Positions 60,120-64,000 of a DNA stretch of 64,000 nt are shown here, in pieces. The position numbers and the translations under genes were made by a program. Within the stretch, counting starts at the first letter, position 1. Every line of letters starts with the position of its first letter. Source of the stretch: an uncultured Gemmatimonadales bacterium (GTDB lineage: Bacteria; Gemmatimonadota; Gemmatimonadetes; Gemmatimonadales; Gemmatimonadaceae); NCBI GenBank assembly GCA_963793305.1, contig CAWBZV010000002.1, forward strand, positions 768,001 through 832,000, given 5' to 3'. The notes beneath the pieces were generated by a model, which was not told where the DNA came from, made no database searches, and saw nothing but the letters and a program-made list of their open reading frames with translations.

Positions 60120-61161
60120 GTGCCTGATCCTCGCGGTCATGCCGGTCGTCTGCGCGGCGCAATCGCAAGTGCTCTCGATCCCGCTCAAGAGTCAGCGCGC
60201 CGCGGTCTCGCAGACCATCGGGCTCACGGACATCACGATCATCTACCACCGGCCACTCGTGGGCGGCCGTGTGATCTGGGACAGTCTCGTGCCCTACGGG
60301 AAGGTGTGGCGCACGGGAGCGAACATGAATACGACGATCACGTTCACCGATCCCGTGCGCATCGACGGGAATCCGCTTGACCGCGGGACGTATGGGCTGC
60401 ACATGATTCCAGCGGCAGATGAGTGGACGGTGATATTCTCGAAGAACTCGACCTTGTGGGGGTCATTTACGTACGACCAAACCGAGGACGCGTTGCGCAT
60501 TCGCGTAAGACCAAAAAGGAGCGACATGCACGAGGCGTTGACGTACGAGTTCGATGATCTCGCGCCAAGTTCGACCATCGTCGAACTGTTATGGGCGAAG
60601 GTCGCAGTACCTTTCACGGTGTCGGTCGATGTGCATGCGGTCGCGCTGGCGAGTCTCCGAAACCAGCTGCGCATGTTGGCGCGCTACACGTGGCTGAGTT
60701 GGAACGATGCGGCGAACTATTTGCTCAACGAGAAGATCGCGCTCGATACGGCACTGGCGTATGCGGACACGTCCATCACGAACGAAGATCGGTACGAGAA
60801 TGAGATGACCCGATCGAAGATCTTGACGGCCCTCAATCGACAGGCCGACGCCGAGGTCGCGCAGCGGAAGGCGCTCGATCTCGGCACGCCGAGCGAGGTC
60901 GACGAAGTCGCGCGCGAGCTGTTGGCACGGAAGCGCACCGTGGAAGCGCTGGCGGTCTTTCGGCTGAACGCTGCCAAGCATCCGAACGACTGGTTCGTGC
61001 ACGACGGTCTCTCACGCGTGTACAGCGCGCAGGGCAAGTTCGACGACGCGACGAAAGAGATGCGCGCGGCCCTCGCCGAGGCGCCCCCCGATCAGCGACA
61101 TCGCTTGGAGCCTCTCCTCACCGCGCTCGGCGCGAAACAGGACATCAGCACATCGCAATGA
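60109..61161 (+). CDS. DUF2911 domain protein with C-terminal TPR
   Basis: SQRAAVSQTIGLTDITIIYHRP, LVPYGKVWRTGAN, YDQTEDALRI. Confidence 0.88.
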   Translation: MRGKCLILAVMPVVCAAQSQVLSIPLKSQRAAVSQTIGLTDITIIYHRPLVGGRVIWDSLVPYGKVWRTGANMNTTITFTDPVRIDGNPLDRGTYGLHMIPAADEWTVIFSKNSTLWGSFTYDQTEDALRIRVRPKRSDMHEALTYEFDDLAPSSTIVELLWAKVAVPFTVSVDVHAVALASLRNQLRMLARYTWLSWNDAANYLLNEKIALDTALAYADTSITNEDRYENEMTRSKILTALNRQADAEVAQRKALDLGTPSEVDEVARELLARKRTVEALAVFRLNAAKHPNDWFVHDGLSRVYSAQGKFDDATKEMRAALAEAPPDQRHRLEPLLTALGAKQDISTSQ

Positions 61162-62039
61162 ATTGTCGCCTGCTTCTGTGCAGCGTCCTGTTCACGGCGC
61201 CAGTGCTCGCGCAGCCGGCGCACGAACCGCTTGGAGACGCCTGGTGGACCGGCCCGATGCTCGCGCCCTCCGCGGGCACGCTGCCACCTGGCCATTGGCT
61301 CGTCGAGCCGTACGTCTATGACATCAAGACCGCCCACGCGGACAACTACGGCTCGCGAGCCTACGTCATCTACGGGCTCCTCGACCGATTCTCGGTCGGG
61401 GTGATTCCCATTCTGGGTTTGAACGACGGGATTGGGCTCGGCGATCTCACGGCGCAAGCGCAGTATCGGCTCACGCAATTCCAGCCGGGCAGTTGGGTGC
61501 CGACGATGTCCATCGTCGTGCAGGAGACATTTCCGACTGGCACCTACGATCGACTCGGCACGAACACGAGCAATGCGCTGGGTGCCGGCGCGTATGCGAC
61601 GACCTTGGGATTCTACTCACAGACGTACTTCTGGATGCCGAACGGGCGCATTCTCCGCGCCCGCCTGGACCTGTCCCAAGTCGTCTACTCGACCAAGGTC
61701 CACGTCGACGACGTCAGCGTGTACGGCACGGGCCCGGGTTTCCTCGGGCACGCCCTACCCGGTCTGTCGTCCTCAGCCGATCTCGCGGCCGAGTATAGCG
61801 CCACCCAGCGCTGGGTGCTGGCACTCGATGCCGCGTACGGTTGGAATGGCGACACGCGCGTGGATGGCGACAACGTCCAGTTGCACAGCGGCTGGAGCGA
61901 GTCGCTCGCCCTCGCGCCGGCGGTCGAGTACAACATGAGCTCGAGGATCGGCGTGCTGCTCGGCGTCCGGTTTATCGACATCGGGCGTAACACGACCCAC
62001 TCGGTGTCGCCGGCGCTGGCCGTGAATATGGTCTACTAG
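61158..62039 (+). CDS. Outer-membrane beta-barrel 'transporter' (MetA-pathway/phenol-degradation-like)
   Basis: Signal peptide; DAWWTGPMLAPSA, GLGDL, PTGTYDRLG, APAVEYN, terminal aromatic residue. Confidence 0.8.
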   Translation: MNCRLLLCSVLFTAPVLAQPAHEPLGDAWWTGPMLAPSAGTLPPGHWLVEPYVYDIKTAHADNYGSRAYVIYGLLDRFSVGVIPILGLNDGIGLGDLTAQAQYRLTQFQPGSWVPTMSIVVQETFPTGTYDRLGTNTSNALGAGAYATTLGFYSQTYFWMPNGRILRARLDLSQVVYSTKVHVDDVSVYGTGPGFLGHALPGLSSSADLAAEYSATQRWVLALDAAYGWNGDTRVDGDNVQLHSGWSESLALAPAVEYNMSSRIGVLLGVRFIDIGRNTTHSVSPALAVNMVY

Positions 62040-62714
62040 CTAGATCGGGTACGGCGCCCACCGCCGTCGCCGGCCTCTGTACTCCTCCGCTGCGTACCAA
62101 CGCAGGTCGCTCACTCCAGGCATCGACCGGAGTGCGTCGTCCACTAAATCACCAGTGTGCGCCATCGTCGGGTGGTAGCGCCGTGAAACCATCGCCAGCC
62201 AGCGGCCTGCGCCGTCTTCTGACCGTCGAACCGTTACGTCGACATCGGTCTTGGCGCCATACGCATACGTGATACGGGTGGCGGCGCTCCGTGTGACCGT
62301 GATGTACGATGTGCTAGCAGCGAGCGCCGCGGCAATGGATTCAAGGACGCTCTGCGCATCGCGTCCGTCCAGTTGGAATGTGACGTGCGTGCGCGGAACG
62401 ACATTTTGGGCGCGAACCGGATGGTCGCACTGGCCGGCTGCACTGACGGCTGCCGCGCGCTGCAAAATGACGGGATCGGTTCCGGCATAGCGCACCGCGC
62501 CGACGCAGCAGACGGCCATCGCCCGAAGGGCGTGGTACGTGTCATTGGCGTTCTCTGGTTGCCGATAGAAGTAGCAACTGCCGTGCTCCTCGTCGTGTCG
62601 GATCAACGATGGCGCCTCGGCCTCAGGGGCGCCGCAGGTGATGCATTCGTCCTTCGCGACATAGAAGGGACCGGGCACGTTGCTGGGTGTACGTGGATGT
62701 TCGGTCACAGACAT
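62040..62714 (-). CDS. Ferredoxin-like N-domain fused to unknown C-domain
   Basis: NVPGPFYV..ECITCGAP..EAP ... YFYRQP ... CCVGAVRY. Confidence 0.7.
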   Translation of the reverse strand: MSVTEHPRTPSNVPGPFYVAKDECITCGAPEAEAPSLIRHDEEHGSCYFYRQPENANDTYHALRAMAVCCVGAVRYAGTDPVILQRAAAVSAAGQCDHPVRAQNVVPRTHVTFQLDGRDAQSVLESIAAALAASTSYITVTRSAATRITYAYGAKTDVDVTVRRSEDGAGRWLAMVSRRYHPTMAHTGDLVDDALRSMPGVSDLRWYAAEEYRGRRRRWAPYPI

Positions 62715-62759
62715 ATATCGCAATTTGACAGCGGGTGAGCACAGCGCGATAGTCATCGT

Positions 62760-63521
62760 ATGACCTCCACGATGCCCCGCCGCGGCCTCCCGCTGATCGT
62801 CGCCGTCGGCCTGTTCATTACGCTGCTCGGCGTGATCGCCGAGATGGTGTCCGGATTCGGATACCGCTTCCACCTGTGGGACCTCGGCGTCGCCTTCCGG
62901 ATCTTCGTCTACGGATCATGGGTCGCGGCGGCCGGCGGCGTGCTGTGCCTCCTGGCCGCGCTCGCCACGCGGCCCGGTACGGGGCGGCGCGGGTTCGGCA
63001 TGTCGGTGCTCGGCGTGCTCATCGCGATCGCCGGATTTGGCACGGTCATGCAATGGAAGGCGAGAGCCGAGAAAGTGCCGCCGATTCACGACATCTCCAC
63101 GGATCTCGCGAACCCACCAGCGTTCGTCGCCGTCCTTCCGCTCCGCGCCGCGGCGCCAAACAAGGCGGTGTACGATACCGCGGCCGCCGACTCGGTCGCC
63201 GAGAAGCAACGGCGTGGCTATCCCGACCTCGGGCCGGTGATGCTCCCGGTGCCTCCGGGCGCGGCGTTCCATGTCGCCCTGGCGGCGGCGCGCGACATGG
63301 GTTGGGCGATCGTCGCGGCCGACTCGGCGTCCGGCCGCATTGAGGCGACGGCCACCACGACGTGGTTCGGATTCAAGGACGACGTCGTCGTGCGCATTGG
63401 TCCCGATCCAAAGGGCAGCCGTGTGGACGTGCGGTCGGAGTCCCGCGTTGGCGGGAGCGACGTTGGAACGAATGCGGCTCGGATCAAGAAGTACGAGCAG
63501 CGCCTTACGGCGCGAGTGTAG
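62760..63521 (+). CDS. DUF1499 domain membrane protein
   Basis: PPIHDISTD...PP.F, IEATATTTWFGFKDDVVVRI, VDVRSESRVGGSDVGTNAARI. Confidence 0.9.
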   Translation: MTSTMPRRGLPLIVAVGLFITLLGVIAEMVSGFGYRFHLWDLGVAFRIFVYGSWVAAAGGVLCLLAALATRPGTGRRGFGMSVLGVLIAIAGFGTVMQWKARAEKVPPIHDISTDLANPPAFVAVLPLRAAAPNKAVYDTAAADSVAEKQRRGYPDLGPVMLPVPPGAAFHVALAAARDMGWAIVAADSASGRIEATATTTWFGFKDDVVVRIGPDPKGSRVDVRSESRVGGSDVGTNAARIKKYEQRLTARV

Positions 63522-63999
63522 CCTCGACAAATCGTACGACTTCGTTCGTCAGTCGCTGGGCGAACCGTCCCAAGTCCGCCGAATGTACGACGCCAATGAC
63601 GGGATAGCCGCCAACGGTGGGCCCATCCGCCATCAGCACGATCGGATGCCCCTCGGCCGTAATCTGAATCGCGCCTGGACACACGGGCTCCGACAAGCGC
63701 GTGCCCCACTCGCCGCCCGTGAGGGGATCTCCATCGAGCCGGTATCCCATGCGGTCGGACGCCTGGGCGACCTTGTACTCCGTCGCCAGCAATTGCTCGC
63801 GGTGCGCATCGGTGAATGCCGCCCGGTTCGGGCCGAATATCACGCGGATCGCGTCGCTCTCGAACGCCGGCGGTGTCCACGCCGTCGGCGCCGAGGCGCT
63901 GCTCGGGCCCACCGGGATCTCGTCGCCCGCGCGAAGGATGCGCCCTTTGTAGCCGCCGAATGCGCCGGGGAGATACGTCGACCGACTCCCGAGGACCAA
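63505..63999 (-). CDS. 5-oxoprolinase subunit C / allophanate hydrolase subunit 2 family, 5' end outside window
   Basis: LGSRSTY, SDRMGYRL, PGAIQI, LMADGPTVGGYP. Confidence 0.88.
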   Translation of the reverse strand: MVLGSRSTYLPGAFGGYKGRILRAGDEIPVGPSSASAPTAWTPPAFESDAIRVIFGPNRAAFTDAHREQLLATEYKVAQASDRMGYRLDGDPLTGGEWGTRLSEPVCPGAIQITAEGHPIVLMADGPTVGGYPVIGVVHSADLGRFAQRLTNEVVRFVEATLAP

Positions 64000-64000
64000 C

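Overview
High-GC bacterial chromosomal window; gene content and style suggest Gemmatimonadota (inference). Bases 0.8-23.6 kb are mostly core genes: tRNA-Gln, ispE, pdxJ, mce, trxA, rsmI, a DUF4159/DUF4175/TPR cluster, a JAB-DinG helicase, an aminotransferase, lexA, gltX and tRNA-Ser(GCT). Bases 23.6-64 kb are a patchwork accessory region around a second tRNA-Ser(TGA), with regulators, transporters, SDRs, beta-propeller proteins and decayed toxin-antitoxin genes. No integrase, transposase, CRISPR array or rRNA was seen. The best candidate for an undescribed system is a tightly packed operon at 52.4-57.1 kb: a 4-TM protein, a small alpha/beta protein, a GroES-less GroEL paralogue and a propeller lipoprotein. 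The GroEL has Asp87->Asn in the ATP/Mg site, a ~90-aa insertion at the equatorial/intermediate hinge, an intact apical domain and no GGM tail. Other notable items: a triple His-less pseudo-Hpt protein, a stand-alone gp5/VgrG OB-fold mini-gene, and two internally deleted copies of one Phd antitoxin. There are also at least 7 single-base frameshifts, probably assembly errors, 4 of which coincide with a GACGTC hexamer carrying one extra base.
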